DNA from: a virus
DNA length: 64,000 nt
Direction: 5' to 3' (one strand)
IMG/VR virus record: IMGVR_UViG_3300022602_004075
Coordinates: 4,750 to 68,749 of that record
Shown: one piece after another, positions 47,854-57,420 of the stretch
How positions within the stretch are numbered: position 1 is the first letter of the stretch
How the letters are laid out: every line of letters starts with the position of its first letter
The notes under the pieces: model-generated
What the model was told of the DNA's origin: nothing
Database searches by the model: none
The model's input: the letters and a program-made list of their open reading frames with translations, nothing else
Made by a program: the position numbers and the translations under genes

Positions 47854-50846
47854 TAATACGTTCCTATTAGGGTGTTGCCAAGATTAAGTTTTGCGGCTGT
47901 TACTGCACTGATAATATCAACGTTGTCTACCGTTGCTGCACTGGTGATAATTTCCCATGGTTCTGAATTGATCTGGAAATAGTTACCAAATACCAATGTG
48001 TCATCGGCTGGTACTATCAGCACACTGGCAATGTTGGGTACCAAGGTTGTATGTAGATATGCGGCCAATTCTGAGAAATAAAATGTGTCACCAAAGTCCC
48101 AATTGGCAAGATTAAAGTATGTGTTGATAGCAGCAATCACACGAGTTTTGATTTCGTTGTCGGTGATACTGACTGCAGGGTTTTTGACCACTTGGAATCG
48201 AGCCTGCAAACTGGGATCAGCTTTGGCACCAAACAGAGGTTTGAATTTGGCTGAATTGTAAATCAATGTGTCACTGACAGTTTTGTAATTGTCCAAGGTG
48301 CTGTAGGCTATTTCCAAACTGCTGGTAGTTGGAGCAACAGGCTCTTTTAATGTGCCGGTCAAATCTCTCAACCAATTGGTATAGCTGGTAGCATAATCGG
48401 CTGTCAATATATAAAGGTCAATCAGATTGACCGGAACTGGGTCAATTCGATTTCGACTTGGACTGTTGTGTTTGTACTGGAAATATAATCCTGCACGTGA
48501 AGTAGCTGTTCCTGCAACCTCTGTAAAGAAGTCAGGATTGTCAGGAACTCCGGTCAACTGTTGAGTAGGACTGCTCACATAAACTTTTGTTTGATCCACA
48601 TATCCGTCGGCTTCTACCAGCACATTGTAAATCTGGCAAGTCACATCAGTGGCCAATGGGTTGTTGTTGGTAGCTTGGCTGTTGATCTTTAAAACTTTAA
48701 CAGTATCGCTGACAGTTGCTCCAATCAAGCTGTCATATACCTTGACTGTTGGATCAAAGTAAAATTTGGTTTGCGTGGCGCTACCAAACGTGTAGTTGAG
48801 TGTGCGATACTGTACATTGTATAAACCGTTGTTGTAGGTAAACTTGATCAACCAGGTTGAATTGCTCCCTATGCTGCTTGGAGGAATGTTGACCCAGATT
48901 TGATTGGCCTGATCATAGGTCAATCCAAAGTTGGTTTGAGCCACAATCTGATTGGCCACGGTGGTCACCAATGTATTGCTGATGTCATTCTTAAAGGTTG
49001 GTATGATTGAACTGATCACTTCAGCATTGGCCACAATACGACCAAAGGTCACTGCGGTATTACTGGTTGTTCCTGTAACTGTGGCAAAACTGTTGTCGGT
49101 AAACTGTACTATGGCACCAACGTCAACATATTTTAACGTGTCTGTGGCACCGCCAGCTACCGGTTGAGCGGCATTGGCATATACCAGGGTTCCAGTACTG
49201 CTGACTGTAGTGTTTGCAGTCTGATTGAAGTAAATGTTGGCATGCGGTGGTGTGTATCTGTTGTAGTTGGCATAATAGTAATTGCTCATACCAACTGAAT
49301 TGATAATAGGAATTATTTCGTTGTAGATGGCATTGTACACATCGGTAGTTGTCAAGAAACTAAAAGTACTTGAACCAATGGTACTGTTGGCAGTCAATAT
49401 GCCATCATCACCAAAAATGTTGGTACTTGAAAAGGTACCAGTTGGATCCAATGTGTCAAGATACAGGCTTACTCCACTGCTGACCCGATTGATAGCTTTG
49501 ATTTTTTGTATGCTGGTAAATGTGGTCTGTGGAAAGATTTGATAATCTTCCGCAGTGATCATGCGATTTTGTGTATAATACTGCTGTGGCGCATAGGTTT
49601 TGATACTGGCCAAACTCTGGGTTGCGCTGGCATTGGTCACTGTGTATTTCAAACTGGCAGTGACTGACAATGTTTCTGTTACGCCGCGTGTGTTGACATA
49701 ACTGAATGCGATCGTGACTGCCGAAATATCATCGGGTGTGATACTGTAGTTTGTTCCGTTACTGGTACGGAAATAGTATCTGAATGTGCCTTGCGGAATG
49801 TTACTGAAACTGCCGTCACCAAACACCAGATTGATTTGATCGTTGTTTCTTGTGGTCACTTGATATAGATTTTTGTTTGACTGCTGATTGTAAATCACGT
49901 TGATACCAGCAATCGCAGGTACCTGTGTCCACTTGGTTTGAATTCGGTTGTTGACATCCAAGCTGTACAGCCAACCATCGTTGTTGTTGATGTTGTTGGT
50001 GTTGACTGGAACATAATTGTTGGGAATAGCATTGGTAACATTGAAGTCTGTAGACTGCAAACTGCCTTGCTTAAAATACAAGAAGAAGCCGGTGTTGTCA
50101 CTGCCATTGCCGTTGTTGTCGTTGCGATACAGAACGTTGAACTTGCCAACATTAGTTGGATCAGCTTCGTACAGATATGTTTGTCCCAACGAAGTACCAC
50201 TGACTGCTTCAAAGTTCACACGTTGATTCTGAATGTTGACAGAAAATGGTGCCACTGGCAACAATGTGGTAATAAGATTGATAGCATACTCATCGGTCTG
50301 TACGCCGTTGATTGCTTGACTGTTGCCAGGTTTACCAACAGCCTGCCCGGATACCAATGCTGAGTTTAAAATTGTAGTAAACTGTTCTAACCAGTTGTCA
50401 TTGGTCAAGTCATTCCAATTGATTGTTCGGTTGGCCAGACTGATACCGTTGCTGTCCAGCAAGTTTTCTGTGGTGGAAATTTTGTCAATTTTGAGTAGAC
50501 CAGATGCACTGACAGTACGAGTAGGGTTGTAGCTCAACATGCGAGCCAGCTTTAAGATACTGTCACGACGTTGTGCGGTGTCAATGAAGTTTTCGCGAGC
50601 ATTTAGATCGGTACGAAAGGCCAAACTCTGCCCCAGGAACGCAATCATGTCAATCAGTGCCAGATATTCGCTTGACTCTAAGAAATCGTTGAATGTTTCT
50701 GGGTAGTATGTCTGCAAATAGTTGATCATACTATTGCGCAGGGTTTCAAAGTCGTAACTGGTGAAATCAGCGTTTGTAAAGCTCTGGTAAACTTTAGTCC
50801 AGTCCTGAGAAACTAATAAATTCGATTGACGTGTGGTTTGTGCCAT
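47853..50846 (-). CDS. gp6: Baseplate wedge subunit, T4 gp6-like
   Basis: DFETLR, ENFIDTAQRRDSILKLARMLSYNP, FGDG and QNRMITAEDY. Confidence 0.85.
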   Translation of the reverse strand: MAQTTRQSNLLVSQDWTKVYQSFTNADFTSYDFETLRNSMINYLQTYYPETFNDFLESSEYLALIDMIAFLGQSLAFRTDLNARENFIDTAQRRDSILKLARMLSYNPTRTVSASGLLKIDKISTTENLLDSNGISLANRTINWNDLTNDNWLEQFTTILNSALVSGQAVGKPGNSQAINGVQTDEYAINLITTLLPVAPFSVNIQNQRVNFEAVSGTSLGQTYLYEADPTNVGKFNVLYRNDNNGNGSDNTGFFLYFKQGSLQSTDFNVTNAIPNNYVPVNTNNINNNDGWLYSLDVNNRIQTKWTQVPAIAGINVIYNQQSNKNLYQVTTRNNDQINLVFGDGSFSNIPQGTFRYYFRTSNGTNYSITPDDISAVTIAFSYVNTRGVTETLSVTASLKYTVTNASATQSLASIKTYAPQQYYTQNRMITAEDYQIFPQTTFTSIQKIKAINRVSSGVSLYLDTLDPTGTFSSTNIFGDDGILTANSTIGSSTFSFLTTTDVYNAIYNEIIPIINSVGMSNYYYANYNRYTPPHANIYFNQTANTTVSSTGTLVYANAAQPVAGGATDTLKYVDVGAIVQFTDNSFATVTGTTSNTAVTFGRIVANAEVISSIIPTFKNDISNTLVTTVANQIVAQTNFGLTYDQANQIWVNIPPSSIGSNSTWLIKFTYNNGLYNVQYRTLNYTFGSATQTKFYFDPTVKVYDSLIGATVSDTVKVLKINSQATNNNPLATDVTCQIYNVLVEADGYVDQTKVYVSSPTQQLTGVPDNPDFFTEVAGTATSRAGLYFQYKHNSPSRNRIDPVPVNLIDLYILTADYATSYTNWLRDLTGTLKEPVAPTTSSLEIAYSTLDNYKTVSDTLIYNSAKFKPLFGAKADPSLQARFQVVKNPAVSITDNEIKTRVIAAINTYFNLANWDFGDTFYFSELAAYLHTTLVPNIASVLIVPADDTLVFGNYFQINSEPWEIITSAATVDNVDIISAVTAAKLNLGNTLIGTY

Positions 50847-50865
50847 ATTTTTTACCTATATTCAA

Positions 50866-50873
50866 TATTTATC
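50866..50873 (-). promoter_or_regulatory. T4-type late promoter (GATAAATA)
   Basis: Intergenic, 19 nt upstream of the gp6 ATG. Confidence 0.6.
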
Positions 50874-50897
50874 AGGTTAAATTATATGGTCAGTTAA

Positions 50898-51284
50898 TTA
50901 TTGTGTGGTGCCGGTAGTGAGTGTTTGATTGTTGCGATTGAAATTCATCAACATGGTATTTGTTTGATTTGTCGGCACATAAGTCAGTGCTATTGCAATT
51001 TGTAGCCCGGTGTCCTGTTGATTTACCGTGACATTGTCTACTCGTAGACGCGGATCGTACCCAATTATGCGTTTGATATCTTGTGTGATAATTTCTTGCG
51101 TGGTTTCATTCAGTGGCTCAAACAACTGATCCCAAATTATAGTGCCAAAAGTGGGTTGCATCAGCTTGGAACCTTTGCGAATATTAAAGTAGTTGGTTAA
51201 ATCTTGCTGAGCCAATGCAAAATCCGTAAGGGTATACTTTTTTAAACTTTGTAAGGTACTGAATCCGCGATAGGTTATGGTCAT
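50898..51284 (-). CDS. gp25: Baseplate wedge subunit, gp25-like
   Basis: RKGSKLMQPTFGT...LFEP...YDPR; 128 aa, next to gp6. Confidence 0.88.
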   Translation of the reverse strand: MTITYRGFSTLQSLKKYTLTDFALAQQDLTNYFNIRKGSKLMQPTFGTIIWDQLFEPLNETTQEIITQDIKRIIGYDPRLRVDNVTVNQQDTGLQIAIALTYVPTNQTNTMLMNFNRNNQTLTTGTTQ

Positions 51285-51290
51285 AATTAG

Positions 51291-51298
51291 TATTTATT
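51291..51298 (-). promoter_or_regulatory. T4-type late promoter (AATAAATA)
   Basis: Ends 6 nt upstream of the gp25 ATG and overlaps the upstream stop codon. Confidence 0.45.
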
Positions 51299-51959
51299 GG
51301 CTTAAAACCGTGATGGCGTAACGACCACTGTTGAATGCTTCTGCTCCAGATCCGACGTTGTTGTAGCGCCAGGCCCATGCTCCAGTGCCCTTGTCATTGT
51401 CAACTGTGGGCTTTGATCCTACTCCCAATGTCCAGCCCACATAGATCATTCCAGCAATGACATCAGCTGAATCATCACCGACTATGGCACCTATTTGCAC
51501 ACTGGTCAAATAGATATCAACTATGCGTTGATAGGCCAAGTGTTCCTGCGCCACCGCAGTGGTTAAAAAACTGTTCAAACTGGTTATGTTGTAGAAATAA
51601 TTTTGATATCCGTTGACTGTGCCGTTGTTGAAATAAATGGGTGTCCAACAGTTTCTATAGTTCACACAATCTGTTCCGTAATGCTTATTAGATCCTGGAG
51701 CCAACAAGCCGTAGGCTTCCAATATCACAGAAGAAAATTGATATCTGCCCAATTGGTTATTGGCACCAATTTTGCTGTAATCCCACGTGCTGAGATCATA
51801 TGCAATTTGACTTTGTAAATTGCGTATTTCTACGGTGGACAATGCACCTATGTTGGCCCAGGTCGGCGGACTCAGTGGAGCATCTGCTCGGCCCAGCCAA
51901 CTGATCGGCAAAGGATTTGCTATTGATACTCCCAAGGCGGATTTGATTCCACTATCCAT
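51294..51959 (-). CDS. Lysozyme-fold-like baseplate-associated protein
   Basis: LGRYQF and FL...AQE motifs; lies between the gp5-like and gp25 genes. Confidence 0.5.
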   Translation of the reverse strand: MDSGIKSALGVSIANPLPISWLGRADAPLSPPTWANIGALSTVEIRNLQSQIAYDLSTWDYSKIGANNQLGRYQFSSVILEAYGLLAPGSNKHYGTDCVNYRNCWTPIYFNNGTVNGYQNYFYNITSLNSFLTTAVAQEHLAYQRIVDIYLTSVQIGAIVGDDSADVIAGMIYVGWTLGVGSKPTVDNDKGTGAWAWRYNNVGSGAEAFNSGRYAITVLSQ

Positions 51960-51968
51960 ATTGTTCCG

Positions 51969-53462
51969 TTAGAAAAGTTTACTTGCTGCACCGGCTCCAA
52001 TGCTGGTTGCTGCTCCAACCAATGAAGCTCCAGCACCTGCTGTGACTGCTGCTGGCCGTTTGTTGGTGCCTGGGTCAAACCAAGGCTCATGTGCAGGAAC
52101 CTTGGAGCAGATACTTTGTACTGCACCTGGTTGTAATACCCAGCTGGTACCAGCCCAGGTAACATCTGGCAATGAACTTCCCAGTTTGGGCAGTACCGGG
52201 GTTGGTGGACTGGGCAATGCACCATTCAGCGTCAACAATCCTGCGCTGTCAATGGCCACCACACCAATTCCACTCAGTTTGAGTGCGCCACCGGCCGCCA
52301 CGGAGGCCGCGCCTATTGCCGACAGTTTTAACAGACCGTCGGATGCAACTGTGGTAGAAATTACACTCTGTATTGATACTGAAGTCAGTGCCGATATGCT
52401 GACTCCCATTTGACCGTTAATAGCAACTGATCCGCCACTGTCAATTACCACTGCACTATCGCTGTACAGGTTCATTGGACCTTTGCTACGCATGTTGATA
52501 CCGGCTGCACCAAACACATTGATACTGCCGTCGTCGCTGAATTCCATCCATTGATTACCGGTACTGCTGGCAATATACAAGACTTTTTCTGTGTCGTTCA
52601 TCAAGATCTGATGTCCGCCAGCGGTACGGAACCTCATTAATTGATCTGTACCGTTGGCGTCACCGTCGTCCATGACAAACTGGTGTCCACCTTTGCGGGC
52701 TATCACTGCTTGTGCAGGATTATCACCCAGTGCCTTGCCAGTTACCTGTGGGGTGGTAGTGGCACTACGACCCGGCGTACTGATACCGTACACATTGCTG
52801 GGACTTTCGCGTAGACTACTGGAACTGATGGCTCCTCTGATGGGATCTCGATCCAAACCTTGCGCTATCAATTGCATGGACTGGAATTCGTGTGGAAATC
52901 TTGACGTGTTGGGAATACCATCGGGTGCAAAATATTCACCATTTCCAGAATCTGCTTCCACGGCTGGCAAACTTTGGTCACTGGTCTGATACTGTGCAAT
53001 GTCAGGTCCCACCAATGAGTTTGATGCCCCGCCCACGTTGCGACCCAATCCAGGCACCATGTGATGGCTGGCTGTGTCGTAGATACAACCGATCCAGTAT
53101 CCGCGATCTCTGTCACCGGCAGCAAATATTACTAAAACTTTGTTTCCTACATCGGGTGGTACAAACCAAAAGCCATAGCTTTGACCAGTGGACATGGGAC
53201 TGTTGGGACTTTCCAATTGGCTGTCTGATCCAAATGTTTGTCCAAAGAACGGACTGCAATAACTGACTTTGACTTGATTGTCTGGATCATTTTGTAATCC
53301 TCCCCAATCTGGAATATAAACTTTAAGTTGCCCACTGCGAGTACCGTCCACGTGACTGATTACCACTGCTTCATACGGACCAACGTCAACGGTATAACCG
53401 CCTTTGCTGGAAGCTGTTGCGCTGGAAGAGGCTTTGCTGGATTGTATGCTACTGGTTGCCAT
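51969..53462 (-). CDS. Baseplate central spike, gp5/VgrG-like (OB fold plus beta-helix)
   Basis: GQLKVYIP...YGFWFVPPDVGNKVLVIF (OB fold), GHQFVMDD and GHQILMND, short beta repeats and HEPW. Confidence 0.8.
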   Translation of the reverse strand: MATSSIQSSKASSSATASSKGGYTVDVGPYEAVVISHVDGTRSGQLKVYIPDWGGLQNDPDNQVKVSYCSPFFGQTFGSDSQLESPNSPMSTGQSYGFWFVPPDVGNKVLVIFAAGDRDRGYWIGCIYDTASHHMVPGLGRNVGGASNSLVGPDIAQYQTSDQSLPAVEADSGNGEYFAPDGIPNTSRFPHEFQSMQLIAQGLDRDPIRGAISSSSLRESPSNVYGISTPGRSATTTPQVTGKALGDNPAQAVIARKGGHQFVMDDGDANGTDQLMRFRTAGGHQILMNDTEKVLYIASSTGNQWMEFSDDGSINVFGAAGINMRSKGPMNLYSDSAVVIDSGGSVAINGQMGVSISALTSVSIQSVISTTVASDGLLKLSAIGAASVAAGGALKLSGIGVVAIDSAGLLTLNGALPSPPTPVLPKLGSSLPDVTWAGTSWVLQPGAVQSICSKVPAHEPWFDPGTNKRPAAVTAGAGASLVGAATSIGAGAASKLF

Positions 53463-53477
53463 TGTTGATTTCCATTA

Positions 53478-55985
53478 TTAATCTCTGCTGTAATTCACTA
53501 TTGTTTCGCCAGCGCCAAGACCAGCTGCTGGAGCAACTTCTGACTTTGCTGTACTGTTTGAACTGTTGCTGTTGGGAACCACAGTGGCATTGGTGCCGTT
53601 TCCATTGCCCTGGCTGGTACTGACGCTGTCAGATCTACTGCTGTCGCTACTGCTTTTGCTGGCAGAAGTATATGCGTCGTGAATATGTCTGGTCATACTC
53701 AACACCTGTAAAAACTTTCCATTTTCAAAGGTATTTTTAATAGTGTTGATCAAGTATTGTCCGCTGAATAGGCTGGTAACTGAACCTGGATTGGGAAACA
53801 CCAAGCCAGTTCCGGTCCAATCGGTATCGTTGTCTATGGGAGTATTGATGGTGACTGTGGCCACCAATTGACCTTTGTCCATTCTAATCGAGCCCCATTT
53901 TTGATAAAAGTCAAATTGATTTAGATTGGTATTGTTGTAGTCAGATCCTGTGTTTACCGGGCTTGGTGTGTATAACCAATCGTCCTGTTTGATCAGGCTT
54001 GGATCACCAACAATCGTCAGTTCCAATTCCAACATGTCTCCGCCGGGTCTGCTGTACAAACTGCTGAGTACATCGGCTGCAACTTGACTACCAGGATTGT
54101 TGATAATTCCAAAGCCCACGTTGTTTTGTGCATTGTTCACTGTGGCTGCAATACGCAACGGCGTGGGATTAAGTATTGATCCAAACTGTGGTATAGCAGT
54201 GGCTGCCAAGAACTGCGGAGTCAACACTACCACTGGTGCACCGGCCAACGCAGTATCAACACCGGTACTGCTGCTGACATTGGTAGAAGGTTTTTGATTG
54301 GTGTACGTGGCCACCGGCAAATACCAAGTGGTATCAAAGTTTATTTTTAGATCTACTATGTCTATATTTTTTCCTGTATAGATATAGTTGTAAACTTTGA
54401 CTGTGTTGGGTCTGGTATCGTTTAAAAATGATGTGGCCGGATGAACATTGTTTTGTACAGTATACTGATGCACACCAAAATAATAACTCTTGGCATATTC
54501 ATGTTTGATGTTGTCGTATACACCATCTTGCAAATTGCCCGATGCATCTGCGCCAGAATATCTTGTACGTGCAACTGTTTTAAAAGTCTTAAACGGCCCA
54601 GTGAGATTTTGCTGAGCCTGTTGATTGGTTGCTGTTTGAGCTTCTGTTAATCCTTGCTGATTTACTCCCAGCTGATTTTGCAAATATCCTGACTGTGTCA
54701 TTACCTTGTTGATAACTTCGGTAATTTTTGTTCCGGCCGGAATAGAAAATCCAGATTTGGTCAAATCAATGCTGCCGTCGCTTTGCGGATTGGCCTGTAG
54801 TATGTTCAGCTGTTTACTGTAAACTATCTGAGTCTGTGCAATGGTTGGATCAAATTCAAATGTGTACACGCTGGCATATTGGCGATCGCCGTGATTTACA
54901 GAGTCTTGATAAAATTTATTCAGTTGCGAAGTGAAGCTGGTGGGTTTGTTGGGATCAAAGAATTCTGCCACTGTGCCGGCCGTGACCGTAAAGTTCTTGG
55001 GTGTGGTATCTTGATTGATACCTGGCAAGTGTGGTTGGCTAAATGTTGGAGAAAAGCTCAACACATATTCAGCTCCCTTGGTAGTGACATCAACTTTGAC
55101 TTCAGTTAGAATGATAGGAAAGCGTTTTCTATATATGGCTGTTTGTGATGTTGGGATCGGATTGCCAGCATCATCGTATCCGGTAAAATCCAGTTGCAAC
55201 ATAAACGGTTGCTGTGTCCAATTCACGTACTGATTGCTGTTGAAACTGTTTTTTATCAAGGTATCAATAAAAGTAACACCGTAGGGTTCCAGTATGGTCA
55301 CTTTACCGTCGGTCAGGTTGGTACTTTTATTGGTAGTCATGAGTCCAATCACTGTGTCAAATTCTACTTTTTGTATTTGATAGTTTAGTCCCAACGATCC
55401 TGCCAAACGACGATTGGGATATAAACCAGAATCTTCAGCTACCACATAGCTGGTTGGTCCCATGGGTGTACTGAGTCCGGGGCCCACATCTGTGGCATTG
55501 GCAAATATGTTGTTGTAGTCAGCAATGCCCACCAACCAAAGGCTCCATGCATAGGTGTAGGAGGCAAATTGATGCAGTGGGTTGGGTATTGGCTGTGTGG
55601 CTGGTTCTGCTTGTATAGTTGCAGCCGGTGGTGCAGTTACCGCATTGCCGGTGCCGCTCGAGTTGTTGTTATTGTTGGCGCCGGTACTGCCGCCGTCTCC
55701 GCCAGTGCCATTGCTGCCACCAGTGGATCCATTGCTGTCGTTTGAACTGCCACTGCTGGATCCTGTGGTATCTGTGGGTGACGTGTTGGACTCGCTGGCC
55801 GGTGTTTCTGTTGAAGAAACCAATTGTTCGCTGTCGGACCCAAAATTTGTATAAGTGTTGGTTGTACCGTCTGAATTTGTTACCGTGGTGGTTCCGTCGC
55901 CATTTCTGACTATGGTTGTAGAGGAAGTGTTGGTTGTGCTGACCACATCTGGGCCAGGACTAATTGTTACGGTAGCTTCTGTCAT
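53478..55985 (-). CDS. Baseplate hub protein (gp27/gpD-like) with low-complexity termini
   Basis: NPLHQFASYTY, ELTIVGDP and FSGQYLINTIKNTFENGKFLQVL; S/T/G/N-rich ends. Confidence 0.6.
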   Translation of the reverse strand: MTEATVTISPGPDVVSTTNTSSTTIVRNGDGTTTVTNSDGTTNTYTNFGSDSEQLVSSTETPASESNTSPTDTTGSSSGSSNDSNGSTGGSNGTGGDGGSTGANNNNNSSGTGNAVTAPPAATIQAEPATQPIPNPLHQFASYTYAWSLWLVGIADYNNIFANATDVGPGLSTPMGPTSYVVAEDSGLYPNRRLAGSLGLNYQIQKVEFDTVIGLMTTNKSTNLTDGKVTILEPYGVTFIDTLIKNSFNSNQYVNWTQQPFMLQLDFTGYDDAGNPIPTSQTAIYRKRFPIILTEVKVDVTTKGAEYVLSFSPTFSQPHLPGINQDTTPKNFTVTAGTVAEFFDPNKPTSFTSQLNKFYQDSVNHGDRQYASVYTFEFDPTIAQTQIVYSKQLNILQANPQSDGSIDLTKSGFSIPAGTKITEVINKVMTQSGYLQNQLGVNQQGLTEAQTATNQQAQQNLTGPFKTFKTVARTRYSGADASGNLQDGVYDNIKHEYAKSYYFGVHQYTVQNNVHPATSFLNDTRPNTVKVYNYIYTGKNIDIVDLKINFDTTWYLPVATYTNQKPSTNVSSSTGVDTALAGAPVVVLTPQFLAATAIPQFGSILNPTPLRIAATVNNAQNNVGFGIINNPGSQVAADVLSSLYSRPGGDMLELELTIVGDPSLIKQDDWLYTPSPVNTGSDYNNTNLNQFDFYQKWGSIRMDKGQLVATVTINTPIDNDTDWTGTGLVFPNPGSVTSLFSGQYLINTIKNTFENGKFLQVLSMTRHIHDAYTSASKSSSDSSRSDSVSTSQGNGNGTNATVVPNSNSSNSTAKSEVAPAAGLGAGETIVNYSRD

Positions 55986-55989
55986 TGTT

Positions 55990-56292
55990 TTATAAACCTA
56001 GTGCTGTACTTACCACTTGCAAAGTTGGCACATAGATGATTGTGGGTGCTACAAAATTATATACTGGATCCAACAGCACGTCTGGATTGCGTACAGCAAA
56101 TACCCACCACAGGTTGCTGTCTTTATACATGTCGTAGGCCAACAAATCGGGTCTTAGATTATAAGGCGGATCAATTTGATACAGAGCGTCGGTCACGTCG
56201 GCTGGAATGGTTTTGCCTATCCATACATCAAGGAACTGTCCCCAATTGGGAGTACCATAATACGGACTGGTGGTAGAGTATGTTGCTGACAT
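55990..56292 (-). CDS. Baseplate wedge protein, gp53-like (LysM-like)
   Basis: RPDLLAYDMYKDSNLWWVFAVRN. Confidence 0.78.
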   Translation of the reverse strand: MSATYSTTSPYYGTPNWGQFLDVWIGKTIPADVTDALYQIDPPYNLRPDLLAYDMYKDSNLWWVFAVRNPDVLLDPVYNFVAPTIIYVPTLQVVSTALGL

Positions 56293-57296
56293 TATAAGAA
56301 TCCTCCAGTGCCGGGTTTGCCACCATATGCCGGTTGTGTTGTTGCACCAAACGAGCTGGCTTTTCCGCCAGTGCCCTGTGCATTGATCAATGCGCCACGA
56401 GCAAAATCGTTGAGACTAAATCCTTGACTCTGTGCCAAGCGACTGTAAACAGGTTGTAAGGTCACCGATATGGTACTGTGTGTTGGCAAACGAGTACTGT
56501 TCAATACCGGATTGGTCAACGTTGGATTGTAGGCAATACCTGGTTCAGGAATGTTTATGTAGTCAACTGAGTCTGGCATGACATGACTAAAACTTGTTAC
56601 CACACAAGGCACATTGGGCAGGTAGTATTCGCCGTAGCCGTTTAAAAATACCATTGGTGGCGGATTGCCGGCAAAACTGTCGTTGCCAAAAAACATTTTG
56701 GTCACTGACCTAAAGAAGTAGATAGCGGCCAACAAGTATTGACCTTCGTTGATGTTCTGTACTGTGAATTCAGCATTGATGGTTATGGCCGACACTTCAC
56801 TGTTGTTGTAAAAGTAATTTGCATAGTTGTTGTGTGTCAACTTTTGTGGTTCGTAATTGGCCAAATGTTGCACAGTCACTGACGGAGTGTACGGGAAAAT
56901 CACACCAACACGTTGCTGACTGCCTGATCCGCCAAATCCGCCAAACAAGTTGTTGACTCCTTGAACCACGGCTGACGTCACATTGTTGGCCACTTCGGTT
57001 CTCAGTGGACTCAATAGATTGTTGCTGGGATCATTGTAAAAATAATTGCTGCCCGGAGCCAAAGTAACACGCACACGCCAATCATAGCTGGCCTGCGGGT
57101 AGTTCACCACCAAGCTGGGTCCTTGGGTGTTGTTGGAATAGGCAAACATACTGGAAACGTTTTGTCTATTCATGAAAGGATTAAACCCAACACCGCCACT
57201 GAGTGTTCCGCCAATGGCCGAGCCAATCTGAGCACCCAGACTCGAGTTTTGATTTGTTCCTGTTGTTTGCAACGGTTGGTTAGGCAATACTGGCAT
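56292..57296 (-). CDS. Tail-tube initiator / baseplate protein (gp48/gp54-like)
   Basis: FPYTPSV...PPPMVFLNGYG...PCVVTSFS. Likely start MPVLP at 57296, downstream of a late promoter. Confidence 0.55.
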   Translation of the reverse strand: MPVLPNQPLQTTGTNQNSSLGAQIGSAIGGTLSGGVGFNPFMNRQNVSSMFAYSNNTQGPSLVVNYPQASYDWRVRVTLAPGSNYFYNDPSNNLLSPLRTEVANNVTSAVVQGVNNLFGGFGGSGSQQRVGVIFPYTPSVTVQHLANYEPQKLTHNNYANYFYNNSEVSAITINAEFTVQNINEGQYLLAAIYFFRSVTKMFFGNDSFAGNPPPMVFLNGYGEYYLPNVPCVVTSFSHVMPDSVDYINIPEPGIAYNPTLTNPVLNSTRLPTHSTISVTLQPVYSRLAQSQGFSLNDFARGALINAQGTGGKASSFGATTQPAYGGKPGTGGFL

Positions 57297-57315
57297 AGTG
57301 TTTCCGGTTATACTG

Positions 57316-57323
57316 TATTTATT
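57316..57323 (-). promoter_or_regulatory. T4-type late promoter (AATAAATA) heading the virion module
   Basis: 19 nt upstream of the ATG at 57296. Confidence 0.55.
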
Positions 57324-57366
57324 AAAGTCATTAACGGCTAAGATAATGTTTGATTTCAAAAATAGG

Positions 57367-57396
57367 TTGACATAGAGATGATAATTATGTTAGTAT
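57367..57396 (+). promoter_or_regulatory. sigma70-like promoter for gp55
   Basis: TTGACA, 18-nt spacer, TAGTAT preceded by TGn. Shares TAGGTTGAC with the promoter at 26361. Confidence 0.55.
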
Positions 57397-57420
57397 GTGC
57401 TAACTTTAAAGGAACTAAGG

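Noticed and set aside
55580-55985. Low-complexity S/T/G/N tract as a separate repeat element
   Set aside because: It is the in-frame N-terminus of the hub-like protein and has no discrete nucleotide repeat unit.
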